Of a DNA stretch of 54,344 bases, positions 30,001 to 36,753 are shown piece after piece (the stretch's first letter is position 1; each line of letters opens with the position of its first letter). The notes under the pieces were generated by a model, which was not told the origin of the DNA, made no database searches, and saw only the letters and a list, made by a program, of their open reading frames with translations. Source of the stretch: a virus; the UHGV virus genome UHGV-0189308; one strand, 5' to 3'. A program made the position numbers and the translations under genes.

Positions 30001-30614
30001 TTGTTATTATTCTTATTCTCAGTCAGACGGCGAACGCGGATCTGCCAGCCGGAGTTTGCCCGCGGCAAATCGATGCGGTAGCTGCGCTCATAGCCCGTGT
30101 TAGCTATGCCATCGACGGTATCGCGGCCATATTCGGTATACGTGCTGCCGTCTGTTGAAACATCGATAGCGAACTCAATGCGGTAACCATCTTTGCCACC
30201 GCTGTCACGCAGGCTGTAGACCCCGTTCGGAAATTTAATACGCAGGCGAACAGCCGACAGCTGCGTGTTGTTGATCGCCTTTACCCACGGAGTGCCAGAC
30301 TTGATTTCCGTGCTGACGCTGATTTCGTTTTCGACCGCCGGGAAACCCTGAATGTAATCCTGGTCAACCAGACCACTGCGCCACTCCCACGTCACGCCCG
30401 GAAAATTTTCATGGCCATCGGCATCGAGCAACGGCGTACCGTCGAGGCAAATATCCTGACCGGTAAACTGACCGGCAATTTGACCTTCTGACAGTGCCAG
30501 CAAGATTTTCATATAGGCGACCGAGGCAATTTCCGTCCCGCGATTCTGCCCGTTATCCTTGTTACCACCGTTATTTTTAGCGCCAGCGATTCCTTTTATT
30601 TCAGCCATTCTCAA
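18018..30614 (-). CDS. giant J-like central tail fibre / host-specificity protein (4198 aa) with internal repeat modules
   Basis: N-terminal about 1100 aa align with lambda J (LRYPNTALLFVQFD vs QCYPNTALVGVQVD; VPSNYDPVERTYSGSWDGTFKWAWSNNPAWIFYDL vs VPSNYNPQTRQYSGIWDGTFKPAYSNNMAWCLWDM). C-terminal about 400 aa match the J receptor-binding end (ILYADRFSLF... vs FLVAANRIAF...). About 2.8 kaa of inserted repeats lie between: fibre-type heptad segments (...LT.L.N.L..TN..V.KKADATA...), six CBM4/9-like jelly-roll modules (NPSFERG / NGSFERG / DGSFESY motifs) and two copies of an approximately 200-aa domain (IPNP.FDPAYD...DWHMRNVTAA). Probable ATG at 30608 with a GGAG SD. Confidence 0.8.
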   Translation of the reverse strand: MRMAEIKGIAGAKNNGGNKDNGQNRGTEIASVAYMKILLALSEGQIAGQFTGQDICLDGTPLLDADGHENFPGVTWEWRSGLVDQDYIQGFPAVENEISVSTEIKSGTPWVKAINNTQLSAVRLRIKFPNGVYSLRDSGGKDGYRIEFAIDVSTDGSTYTEYGRDTVDGIANTGYERSYRIDLPRANSGWQIRVRRLTENKNNNKTADVSRIESITEIVDAKLRYPNTALLFVQFDSTLFDGRTPTVTVKAKGLVIRVPSNYDPVERTYSGSWDGTFKWAWSNNPAWIFYDLVLNKRYGLGKRISSDQVDKWTLYQIGQYCDAPVSDGAGGKEARYLCDLYISQRTDAWTVLMDLANIFRGMISWSNNLLSVDADMPREMDPDFVFNKSNIVGSFTFSSTSERTNYSAAIVTYSNPQNNYQDDQASVYSQEIADRFGFNTIELSRIGCTRESEAQRHGAYAIETNRDDNGVEFKTGMEGRIPRVGKVIGINNAPMAGRQNGGRVAAVSGKRITLDRAVAAKAGDTLIINLPDGKSQGRKVQGVQDRIVTVEQEYNPAPQAEAGWILDQSDLAIQQFRVKRVVNNNDGTVTINGLPYNPNKFPRVDDGAVIEDRPVTVVPPRGQEAPDDITISSLYRVSQGIGITTLVATWSPVKNAIAYEMQWRQNNGDWINLPRTGNTRFEVDGIYTGRYVVRVRAINAQDIASVWGISKETELTGKSGAPLPPLALATRSLVHGVQVSWEFPTGSGDTLRTELQYSKNQDGSAPMLLSDVAYPGKSYQQMGLSMGAEFWYRARLVDRLGNESPWTGWVQGMASDNFDDYYENLTDAIKDTAAWEETQRTISETQEGIRNTQQELEQTAEALRKEAEDQAKQVSQDIESSAKSITADVDGKIFAVNKTITDEITSVNEALDSGLAQANKGVQEAKSAVADANKQIATVNKSLTDSITQVRQSVTDTAAEINATIDLEIARVNKTLADGDAALNAQIKTAENGLKQSLSQVNTTLTSAVKQETADRIADVNAKAAQAADELLAATQGIEASIESLTQVMKTADENLAREMSSLAAGANIQFDSQVIWHFNNQTTEGWTGSAGVPGVSQDGWLRPADSATDPYITSPGGLAVDGAAYRFIMLRFRKTGKPVWAGEIRWVSAGENFNNTKRYIVAEPEYADGVATLTVRDIPWTGNIDRIRLDLTNQQDASNFIEFDWIAVGRPAPGASTAALQDVRSTLSNALTAEAQARSTLAAQMRGSYDGSDLEKVTSGLLYQEKTARVTAISAEVKARESLQTQFNDNKAAVSGELSSLTTEQSAQASRIGGLETSLGKKADAAALTSLTQKVEQQGATLTSQGAALTSLTNRVGQTETGLAGTNEALSGLQSVVTRQGDRITNQGQSITKLTSDLGTTNAALAKKAEAAAVTALTQQVEQNGRDIRSNTDSITSLSNQLVNGQPNRWSRRLYPVQLANAGTVPSFSDVRAVAPTVVDEVADAAKLDFTSAGSYLIALYSCQVKVAADTTITLAPGARVFDDTGAIFVNGVQVAWGNASWNTVSFELKGGWNTVEFLVNQWTGQAYINLGLKLSDKVAEMYSGLGVSALANAAGVLSSNVSQIGNEVVSNSQSITQLRNALTQTDVNVASKADQTAMNSLTGRVEKTESGLTAANANITSLKSAVRAGNASGGDLIPNPTFDPAYDQMGFSVVSTTAEEVPPGCPYGYAARIASRDHHPEFAAFPATLNDVIEISALVACGAGTANFNLYVGTAVRPDTSTGAPLMAGGGKSPSATWQRTTWRFKVTQAMVDRGYIRPFLQISQNSPYGTVWFVTDWHMRNVTAAQKVQDTADATAAAVDSLTTTVTQQGNLLTSTGNRTTQLENGLATTNAAVAKKADATAVQNLTNTVTQLGNDLTAANSAITKLTGNLANTDKALAQKADATALATLDTKVTQQGKTLESQSNSLTNLSNSLSHVAADIDASGQIPGNLVVNPSFERGLDGYAGRSTATSVVEVSVPHSGTRALKVDPGNVTPGQYIPFIQGRTYEIGVWVKEPGATTDNGAGNNKLRIGNSAGQPVFERPYNSGTVGTNWTLISGRWKATETASLPVTLSNYLISGSRYFDDFYVTDVTDRVDIDATAGAVTGLTSRVSTAEGAITSQSQQLTNLQNSLNTTNSNVSKKADATALTSVDNRVTEAEGKLTTQSQQLTNLANVLTATRNAGDNLIPNFDFLQGSTAWDIQYPAGVTFGDFGDGKAGVRLNRTTNTSPGIFSNNNKPVPLNGQRKYRVVVKAKGVSGAMSLLIRRQNKIGQTDSTYEDKTVTLTTDWQTITWETGLTAAGADGQNFKLYSHPTNGEIWLDSVRVFDITDETNIKATSDAVSSLTGTVTNQGNTLTSQGQSITALKNALEGVKGDVAKKADASAVSSLTNRVTQTEKDIRSQADSLTSLNTSLKQQATRGANVLPDGSFESYAVGDVLSNARAVITSEAAHSGTKSLRVTRSTEYNPNATDNNDTHIFSGMQVRDNAVYYVEAWVKLPAGSTADPTVYMVLGFSFQDSANGWSWPGLNVKVSGLSVDNWTKVSGYLTNNRTALKQAMVRISIPNTPKVRLGDAFLIDDLIITDVTDAKAALDAADANAQALSSLSASVTQNGKNITSQGSAITKLQSDVTQLGKDISGKADASALTNLTTRVTATEGSLRSQGDSLTSLQNSLNTTNSNVAKKADATALQSLQNTVEQHGRDLTTQSSALTNLENNFSSLAVGGTNLIRNADTLEGWSSRHATETYLGDRVAYTRLAKGASGFTQLDEQTLEVTGRTEFVFSFYAKGAYDGQEMASYFYNPSNTTTTETSQGVKGGAGDGKAVTKLTTAWARYWVKWVIPATSGTKRLIAARLESATSADKEVWLCRPQLETGTVLTDWSPSPDDAASGITANTSAINSLTSRVTNAEGQLTAQSQSITNLQNSLNTTNNNVAQKASAQSVSDLTSRVTSAEGKITAQGQAITKLQGDLSSTTDKVNTKADQTALNALTGRVEKTEAGLTAANSNIVSLTAAVNAGNAAGDDYIPNPSFDPAYDRMGYDVVETTADGVPADCPFRYAVRLAGRDHVPKINNIAVTPGDVFEMSALVACGTGSADFNFYIGRATTATGGIGAKASGGNTRTTTAWKRATWRFTVPSDTSLLRPFLQVNQSSPFGTVWYAADWHMRNVTAANSAQKTADATAKAVDSLTTTVSQQGDTLSSIGTRTTSLENSLRSTNDTVSKKADTTAVTQLQGTVTQQGNDIAAANSALTKLSSDLATTNANVNKKADASAMNTLQNQVTEQGKTLSAQGDSLTQLSNSLSQTAADIDASGKMPGNLIVNGSFERGAAGFTGWSSTATVADLQVPHSGNKALKMSAGQSNLVGQEISITQGRTYRMGVWAKQDPGTTIKDAGNTKFRVADSTGLLVGSNYGPFSSGWQLVTFDWKATKTTTASFQLTTFLSAGAMYFDDFHVLDVTDEKDIAANAGAISQMNTRVTAAEGAITTQAQQLTKLSGDLAVTNAAVSQKAEQSAVTGLTTRMTSAEGKLDSQSQQLTSLQNSLTTMNTELGKKADTSAVSSLTGRVSQVENTITSQSQSITSLTSTINTIRTQGANPWVDGTFESYSDGQVLGGNGTAVVVVSQKFTGGKSLKLRRDENNSGNSDKQLGTWQSVREDAKFRFEFWAMMPADQAPSSGWTTLVGIQSQNAAGQNAWQAAVTVSEASLGARDKWVKFTGIASNNGAGRTRAVVWISTRGATGNGTPGYSLYIDDLVITDVTDAKAAQDASDATASAVSGLTARVTDAEGKITAQAQQQTALATKVDNANSRVDNMAKTLSDSQSTQASLNTSLQSQIDAQAAANIKNQTTLDNTIKSVASITSTQQTHATALEALATQQTTLTSSVGDLSASVQNTAKTVADVNGTVSSLWSMKVETVNGKNVGAGITLGSNGETSDMILYADRFSLFNRNNATAVPVMIAEGNELYIDTARIKNSSLTSTKIADGSITNAKIGNEIRSNNFVDGSQGWRIAKDGSSQFNNVIVRGRVEANSGVFRGTVQADAFIGDIAVAKGYDSLTFRRNQTVQRNGAYQNRGYSMTVVLACTLVCQTYGTGSGLGYTSDITFNIGGQEVTRRIFVDAGNITAGTTAFELRFAARLDADYNNVGFFIKATGRNAAIDYTCTVENITATAFRTDSSSFS

Positions 30615-30621
30615 ACTCCGG

Positions 30622-30649
30622 GCAAAAAAAATCCCGCCGTGGCGGGAAG
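30622..30649 (-). terminator. intrinsic terminator-like hairpin between gpI-like gene and J start
   Basis: Minus strand reads cccgccacggcggg followed by ATTTTTTTTG, ending about 10 nt before the J GGAG SD. Confidence 0.35.
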
Positions 30650-30665
30650 GGTAAAATGCATTTTT

Positions 30666-31265
30666 TTATTGCTGTTCTTCGGTATAAATACCGCCACTGA
30701 TAATGACGCCGCCTATTTCACGCAGGCCATACAAGATCGGTACACCGTTGCCGGCAGCGACCTGATTAACAGGCGCACCAAATGAGTACGATTTTTTCGT
30801 ATCCCGATCCGTTGTCATACCCTGGGTACCGCTGGGCGCCAGCATTTGTACAACGCCGCCCAGCATCATCGCCGCCCCCATTTTGTAGAGGAACGGCGAG
30901 GCAGCGGCGGCAGGGGTAAAACTCAGCACCATACCAACGGCAACGAGTACGGCACCAAAAATGGTCTGGAACACCCCGGCTTTTTTACTGCCAATAATCA
31001 CAGGCGCAATTTTGATTACGTCATGCACACCATTCAGAAACAGGTCATCCTGGCTTAGATTTTTTTCACCGTTAAAGACCATGTACGTGACTCCACGTCC
31101 CTCGCTGGTCTCCAGCCATCGTTCCAGTCCTGGAACCATGATGCACAGCGCGCGGATAGCCTCCCGTACAGAAGATACCGACAGGCGATGCTCCCGGCCG
31201 AACAGCTTGCCCAGCTTGCCGTACAGGCGAACCAGAACCATTTTCTCTATCGTATTAGTCGTCAT
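30666..31265 (-). CDS. tail assembly protein (lambda gpI-like)
   Basis: Position and size. Hydrophobic Gly/Ala-rich C-terminal half typical of gpI. Confidence 0.75.
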   Translation of the reverse strand: MTTNTIEKMVLVRLYGKLGKLFGREHRLSVSSVREAIRALCIMVPGLERWLETSEGRGVTYMVFNGEKNLSQDDLFLNGVHDVIKIAPVIIGSKKAGVFQTIFGAVLVAVGMVLSFTPAAAASPFLYKMGAAMMLGGVVQMLAPSGTQGMTTDRDTKKSYSFGAPVNQVAAGNGVPILYGLREIGGVIISGGIYTEEQQ

Positions 31266-31962
31266 TTTTATGCCTCAGCGTCAGCATGGTTCGCTCCCGC
31301 CAGATCCCACCGTATGGAACCTCACCACTCAGCTGGCCATACATGTGGTGCAACATTTTTCCGTTGCCCAGGTAAATGCCGGCGTGGTTGATTTCGTCCG
31401 CTCTGTACTGCATCAGAATCACATCGCCTGCCTGCAGCTCGCTGGCGTGAGAATAAAATCCGGCCTCCGCATAGTGCCGCACATACAGGTTTTCCCCCCG
31501 GGTCCACCAGTTGTCCTCTCTGGGAAAATCAGGCAGTTCGATACCTCGCTCCTGCATATACCAGTCGCGGACCAGTCCGTAGCAATCCCAGCTACCGTGG
31601 ATAAACGGACGGTTCAGAAGAGGCGGGGAATCATCCGGCGTCGTGACGGTGTAGTCGCCACCTGGCCAGCTAATAATGATCCACGGCAGGCCTGTTTTCT
31701 GGCAGCCCTGCAGGTCCTCGGCGGATGCGTGCGGACCGGCATCCGGATGCGAATGCACCACGGCCAGCACGTCTCCGGCATCCTCTGCGGCAATCCAGTC
31801 ACCGGCTGCGATCCGAAAATGCTCCGTCGGCATTTCATGACTGTTTTCGCAGCGAATATATCGGCGCTGCCGCCCGCCCCGGGTAATCAGGCCGCAGCAT
31901 TCGTTCGGGTAAACATCCGCGGCGTGCGCCTCAATAGCGGTTTTCAGTCTCTGGCTCAGCAT
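31255..31962 (-). CDS. tail assembly protein (lambda gpK-like; NlpC/P60 + JAB/MPN)
   Basis: HSHP (JAMM-like) and Cys/His hydrolase motifs. Order I-K-L-M conserved. Confidence 0.8.
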   Translation of the reverse strand: MLSQRLKTAIEAHAADVYPNECCGLITRGGRQRRYIRCENSHEMPTEHFRIAAGDWIAAEDAGDVLAVVHSHPDAGPHASAEDLQGCQKTGLPWIIISWPGGDYTVTTPDDSPPLLNRPFIHGSWDCYGLVRDWYMQERGIELPDFPREDNWWTRGENLYVRHYAEAGFYSHASELQAGDVILMQYRADEINHAGIYLGNGKMLHHMYGQLSGEVPYGGIWRERTMLTLRHKNDD

Positions 31963-31964
31963 GA

Positions 31965-32840
31965 CTACATCCTCAGCAGACCAATAGCCGGGAATCCGCC
32001 AAACGGCAGCATGGCATCATCACCAAAACGTAACTTACAGCCCGCGACTGTTCCCGGGCAGACGTCCAGTGCCGGGTTGTCTACGGGATTGCCGAATTTG
32101 TCGTAATAACGCGTGCCGGTATAGCCGCAGTCAGCACCACGGTACTGGCCCTGCATGCACCAGGCACAACGGTTGGTCATCTGGCGTGCAGGCAACTTCT
32201 GTCCGGTAACATCCACCGGCGAGCTAAGCTTGAACTGGACCTGTTCATCGTCATCGCTGGATTTACTGTCAATGTAAAAAACATCAATCTGCTCTGCTGT
32301 CGGGTCAGCCTGTGGGTTGCCGCCAGGGAAGTTTCTGGCATCGAGATAGTGCGCATACGTGCGGTGAACCGTTACCTTCGCCTGCTTCATATCCTGGAAC
32401 ATGTGGCATAACGCACTGATTGAGCCATCCAGGTTCGCAATGGACAGCTTGGGGGAAGCTGGCGAACCTTCACCGTTGGACTCAACGTCCTCGATCTCAC
32501 ATGGCCAGAGCGTATATTTCACGCCCTGCCAGTAAATCGGTTTGCCCGTCAGCTTTTCCGCATCGCTGCCAGCGGCGATAATTTCTTCTTCGGTATACGG
32601 AATAGCGTGGTTGTGAAAATACAGTACGTCTGCACCAAAAGTGGTGCCATCAACTTCGAACAGAGTGATGACGTTACCGGGTTCCAGTTTTTGATCGTCA
32701 GCTGCAATGCCCATAATGTCCTCGCTGCAGGACCGTAGCCCCAATAATAAAAAACCCCGCTGAGCGGGGTTAAATTGATGGTGTGGGTGCCGGACGGCAC
32801 GGGTGGTTAACGGGGAAAGTGGTAGCCGGCATCGGTGCAA
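31965..32840 (-). CDS. minor tail protein (lambda gpL-like)
   Basis: C-terminal TNRCAWCMQGQYRGADCGY...CPGTVAGCKLRFGD...FGGFP matches lambda L ANTCTWTYRGDECGY...CSKCLSGCKFRNN..NFGGF. Real start probably MGIAADD at about 32714. Confidence 0.8.
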   Translation of the reverse strand: MHRCRLPLSPLTTRAVRHPHHQFNPAQRGFLLLGLRSCSEDIMGIAADDQKLEPGNVITLFEVDGTTFGADVLYFHNHAIPYTEEEIIAAGSDAEKLTGKPIYWQGVKYTLWPCEIEDVESNGEGSPASPKLSIANLDGSISALCHMFQDMKQAKVTVHRTYAHYLDARNFPGGNPQADPTAEQIDVFYIDSKSSDDDEQVQFKLSSPVDVTGQKLPARQMTNRCAWCMQGQYRGADCGYTGTRYYDKFGNPVDNPALDVCPGTVAGCKLRFGDDAMLPFGGFPAIGLLRM

Positions 32841-33172
32841 ATTGGCATCATCAGTTCGGCTATATCATCACTGTCAATAGATACTCCAGCTTCAATGATT
32901 TTCCCTTGGCTATCACGTTTAACACCTGCCAACAGAAGCGCTTTCCCTGCGTAACCTCCATAGGAATTTTTGGCGTTAATTTGAGCGCAATAAGCATCCC
33001 CACCCATATCAGGTTGCCAATAAATTTTGGCGCTATCCGGATCTTTCAGCTTCTGCTTCGCAGACTCTTCGATGACCTTTTTTTCCGACGCCGTTAACTC
33101 ACGTGCTGCCGCTGTACCGGAAAAAAGAACGGCGATGCTGGCCAGCGCCAGTACCATTTTTTGCATTATCAT
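32807..33172 (-). CDS. secreted/periplasmic protein with Sec signal peptide (moron inside tail cluster)
   Basis: MQKMVLALASIAVLFSGTAAA|RE signal. 121 aa. Inserted between the M-like and L-like genes, where lambda has no gene. Confidence 0.5.
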   Translation of the reverse strand: MIMQKMVLALASIAVLFSGTAAARELTASEKKVIEESAKQKLKDPDSAKIYWQPDMGGDAYCAQINAKNSYGGYAGKALLLAGVKRDSQGKIIEAGVSIDSDDIAELMMPICTDAGYHFPR

Positions 33173-33178
33173 TCTCCA

Positions 33179-33529
33179 TTATATCGGTCCGGCTCTGTAT
33201 GCCGTCACAAACGTAACAGTAACGGTCATGCGCGCAAAATCAAGCAGTTGAGGCTTTATCTGTGTCGCACGGTATAGCCCCCGCTCGCCCAGCGGATTAA
33301 CCCATATGAATGCACGTGTTTCGCCATGACGGCGCAAAAACTGCAGGATCGGCATGACCTCCTCCCTGTAGTCGGTGAATGTCAGTGGCCATGATTGCGA
33401 TTCAGGATTAATACCATCACCAGTGACCTGCTCATAACCATCACCATATTTCACGGACCGCGTCGCATATTTAATATCCGCAGTGGGACCATTCAGCGGC
33501 GACCAGTCGAACGTTTCCAGTGCGGCCAT
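33179..33529 (-). CDS. minor tail protein (lambda gpM-like)
   Basis: VKYGDGYEQV...RAFIWVNP resembles lambda M VRFGDGYSQR...KSFLWTPP. Immediately downstream of tape measure. Confidence 0.8.
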   Translation of the reverse strand: MAALETFDWSPLNGPTADIKYATRSVKYGDGYEQVTGDGINPESQSWPLTFTDYREEVMPILQFLRRHGETRAFIWVNPLGERGLYRATQIKPQLLDFARMTVTVTFVTAYRAGPI

Positions 33530-36500
33530 TAGCGCATGCTCCTCAGTTTTACATCGATCATCCCACCGTTACCCATTTCCTTATCCAGGGTGCTCAAAAC
33601 TATCTGAATGATTTGTTGCTTCATCTGAGCGATACCACTCTCAGACCGCTTCCCGGACTGATCCTGATTACCATTGCTATTGACCACCTGTAACGGGATA
33701 TTAACCGTTATTCCCCCTGCTGCTCGCTGGCTCTCACCAGTCATTGGAAGCGGCCCGCTCGGCGCGCCAGCCAGACCACCGTTGGCATAGCCACTGCCGT
33801 AAGTTAACTGGTTCAGAAAGCTGAGCATGCCTGGTCTTTTAACCACCTCCTGTGGCACAACCCACTCACCCCGGTGGACTGGCCCGGCAACCTCATACTT
33901 CCCGCCATCACCGGTATACCCGCCGCCGGAGAACCCAGACAGAAACCCGCCAAAATCCGCGAGGATGCCAATCCCGGATCCCGACATAGCTGAGCCTGCA
34001 GATCGGATGGACTGAAAAAAGAGCATTTTTGTTATCATCTGCCCAATATCGTCAATGATAGACAGCGCCATCTCCTTAAATGACGATTTACCCCGCGATG
34101 CCATTTGCCAGATCGAGTTGGCCATACTGTCCATAGCATTGACGGAGGTGTCACGAACCTGGGCATAAATGTTGGTTGCATCGGCACCCCATTCACGCAG
34201 CCCGGCTCGTAATCCCTCGGTCCAGGAACCCTCAATCTGCGCTTTATCCTTGGCACCATTGCGAACGATGCTCAGTTGCTTTTGTTCCTCAGCGTTCAAT
34301 GCTGCAGTTTTTGCTTTATAAATGGTTGGGTTTACTGATTTAAAACCCCTATCTGCATCCTCGCGCAACTTCGCGAATTTCGACCTGACCTGCTGCTCCT
34401 TCGCCATCTGGTCATAGGCAGCGCTGCTCATCGTCATCCTGGCCACGTTGGCATCCATCTCGGCCTGTAGCTGAATGGTTGAGCGGTGCAGATCATTATT
34501 CTCCTGTTGCATTTTCAGCGACAGCTGGCGCTGCACGTTCGCCTTCTCCAGCTGTACGTTGATGTTCAGCTGAGCGCGCAGCTCCTGCTCAGCATTGAGA
34601 ATGCTGCGCTGCCCGGCGGTCAGGATTTTTTTTGCCTTGAGATCGGCGATCTCCTGGTTGAACTGCAGCAGCTTTCGCTCTGAACCGGTCAGGTTAACGG
34701 TCTGCTGGTTTTGCTGACGAAGAACCGATTCCTGCTCGCGCAGACTCTGCAGACGCTGGGTGGCCTGGTCATCTTTGTACGCCGCCGGTTTCTTCTGCTT
34801 CTCCCCGTACAATTTATCTATACCGCGTAACGCCTGCGCGTACTCTTCCGTTCCTTTCTTGAGAGTGCGATTGAGAACCGCCAGTGCATCGGCGCGCTGC
34901 TTCTCTTTTGTCACGCCAGCAGCCATCAGTCCTTGAACGGTATTTTCGGCCTTCAGGCGATCAGCTGTATCTTTCTGCAGCTTTTCTTGCTCCTTCCGCA
35001 GCCTTTCCACCTCTTCGCGCTGTTTTATCGCCGGGTCCGGGCTGGGTGTCAGGTTTATTCCCAATGCTGACGCCTGCGCCTGGGCTGTGGCCATCTGGGC
35101 GTCACCCATTGTTTTAAACGCGCTGCTGACATAATCCTTCAGCGATTTCCAGGCCCCTTTCAGCCCGTCAACCTTATCTTCCTGATCCTTTATCTGCTTT
35201 TCCAGCTCGGCCATCGCCTGCTTTTGCAGGAGCGCCGTAGCCTCACTTTCCCTGCCCTGGCGCTGCAGCGTGACTATCTGGTCGATAAACGTCGCGTTTA
35301 GCTGAATTCCCTGATTGTTCAGCTTCTCCATCGCCTGGACAGGATCGCCCTGCAGATTCGTGAGCATCGAGACCAGATCCCCCGAACTCTGCCCCAGCTC
35401 TTCCATCCGGGCGCCAAGTCCGGCAACGCGGTCCAGCATTTCACCACCGAATCCGGCATTAACAGACGCGGTGATCGCTTTTACGGCACCGTCAGTATCT
35501 CCCAGCTGCGACTGCAGGCTCTGGAGATACTGAACCGACATAATCGACTGCTGTCCTGATTTGAATAACGCATTGCTGTAGCCGCTGATAGTTTCCTGAG
35601 ACTTTGAAAACGACGAATAGAGCATCGTCACCGCGCCGGCGATCGCCATGATACCGATCCCGACCGGGCCACCGACCAGCGCCAGGGCGCCACGCAGTGT
35701 TCCCGCCGCCGCCGCCGCTGCGCGCTGCCGGAACGTCAGCTCCTGGCTGGCCGTGGCCAGCGTTCGCGTTGAGGTGGTCAGGGTACGCTTGGCGTCAGAC
35801 TCAGCGATATCTGCGGCCAGAACCTCTTTTGTGGCTTCTGCCAGGCTCTTTTTCCCGCGTGCCTCAGCTATATTGGCCTCGCTGATGGTGCGGGCGTTTT
35901 TCGCGTGCTCTGCTTCATAGCTGGCCGTGATGCCATACTGCTTATTCACCTCTGCCTGTTTGGCATAATACTCATCCAGCGTAAACGCCTTCTCGCGCTC
36001 CGCCTGCGCCGCCTGAATGGTTTGTACGGCTGCTTTCTGCCGCGCCAGTGCCTCTTCTCGCAGCGTGCGGGCATTGTTGATAGACGCCTGCGCGCCATCT
36101 ACCGCCGCCTGCGATGCGGCAATCTGAGCCTGTCGCTGTAGCTCCAGACTTTGGGTGCTACTGGTCAGCGCAGTACTCATACCTTCGGTCAGCGCCGAGA
36201 TCGCCGCAGTGGTGAAACTGCTGCCGGTAACGCCACTACCGGCAGACAGATTCGCCAGTACGTTACGCATCTCATCCAGCCCGGTAAGCCGTAGTGACCC
36301 CAGCTTTTCGATACGTTTATCCAGCCTGGAAAATTCAGCATCAGCGGCTTTTACACCTACGCCGATCCCTTTAAAGGCAGCCTCAGTTTTTGCCGCATCA
36401 GCCTGTGCTTTTTTGTTGAACTGCTGTGCGTTGCCATCCGCCTGACGCATTGCGTCAGCGAACTGCGAATTAAATGTCGCACGGTTGAGGTGCAACGCGA

Positions 36501-36531
36501 CAGCGAGTGATGCTACATCAGCCATTTCCAA
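33529..36531 (-). CDS. tail tape measure protein
   Basis: 1000 aa. Ala/Gln/Lys-rich, coiled-coil, Gly-rich C-terminal region. Located between the G-T chaperone and the M-like gene. Confidence 0.85.
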   Translation of the reverse strand: MEMADVASLAVALHLNRATFNSQFADAMRQADGNAQQFNKKAQADAAKTEAAFKGIGVGVKAADAEFSRLDKRIEKLGSLRLTGLDEMRNVLANLSAGSGVTGSSFTTAAISALTEGMSTALTSSTQSLELQRQAQIAASQAAVDGAQASINNARTLREEALARQKAAVQTIQAAQAEREKAFTLDEYYAKQAEVNKQYGITASYEAEHAKNARTISEANIAEARGKKSLAEATKEVLAADIAESDAKRTLTTSTRTLATASQELTFRQRAAAAAAGTLRGALALVGGPVGIGIMAIAGAVTMLYSSFSKSQETISGYSNALFKSGQQSIMSVQYLQSLQSQLGDTDGAVKAITASVNAGFGGEMLDRVAGLGARMEELGQSSGDLVSMLTNLQGDPVQAMEKLNNQGIQLNATFIDQIVTLQRQGRESEATALLQKQAMAELEKQIKDQEDKVDGLKGAWKSLKDYVSSAFKTMGDAQMATAQAQASALGINLTPSPDPAIKQREEVERLRKEQEKLQKDTADRLKAENTVQGLMAAGVTKEKQRADALAVLNRTLKKGTEEYAQALRGIDKLYGEKQKKPAAYKDDQATQRLQSLREQESVLRQQNQQTVNLTGSERKLLQFNQEIADLKAKKILTAGQRSILNAEQELRAQLNINVQLEKANVQRQLSLKMQQENNDLHRSTIQLQAEMDANVARMTMSSAAYDQMAKEQQVRSKFAKLREDADRGFKSVNPTIYKAKTAALNAEEQKQLSIVRNGAKDKAQIEGSWTEGLRAGLREWGADATNIYAQVRDTSVNAMDSMANSIWQMASRGKSSFKEMALSIIDDIGQMITKMLFFQSIRSAGSAMSGSGIGILADFGGFLSGFSGGGYTGDGGKYEVAGPVHRGEWVVPQEVVKRPGMLSFLNQLTYGSGYANGGLAGAPSGPLPMTGESQRAAGGITVNIPLQVVNSNGNQDQSGKRSESGIAQMKQQIIQIVLSTLDKEMGNGGMIDVKLRSMR

Positions 36532-36753
36532 GAACCCTCAGGCAGTTTTCAAAATCATCATCCCGGGCTACGGCAGAGGGTGCTGTAGATGACTGTGGAG
36601 CCGCCAGCGGTGGTTCTCCCTCTTCTTTAAGGAGCGCAAAGTACGCCTCCCAGTAGGTCAGGATGTTCGCCGGCATGGCGGCCAGTTTCGTGGGGTCCGG
36701 CTCACCCCAGCGATCTGCCAGCGTAAACAGGGTGCGCAGCTGGGGTGATTCGG

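Noticed and set aside
30961-32106. 381-aa plus-strand ORF
   Set aside because: Antisense to the well-supported gpK-like and gpL-like genes. Low-complexity Arg/Pro/Ser-rich sequence.
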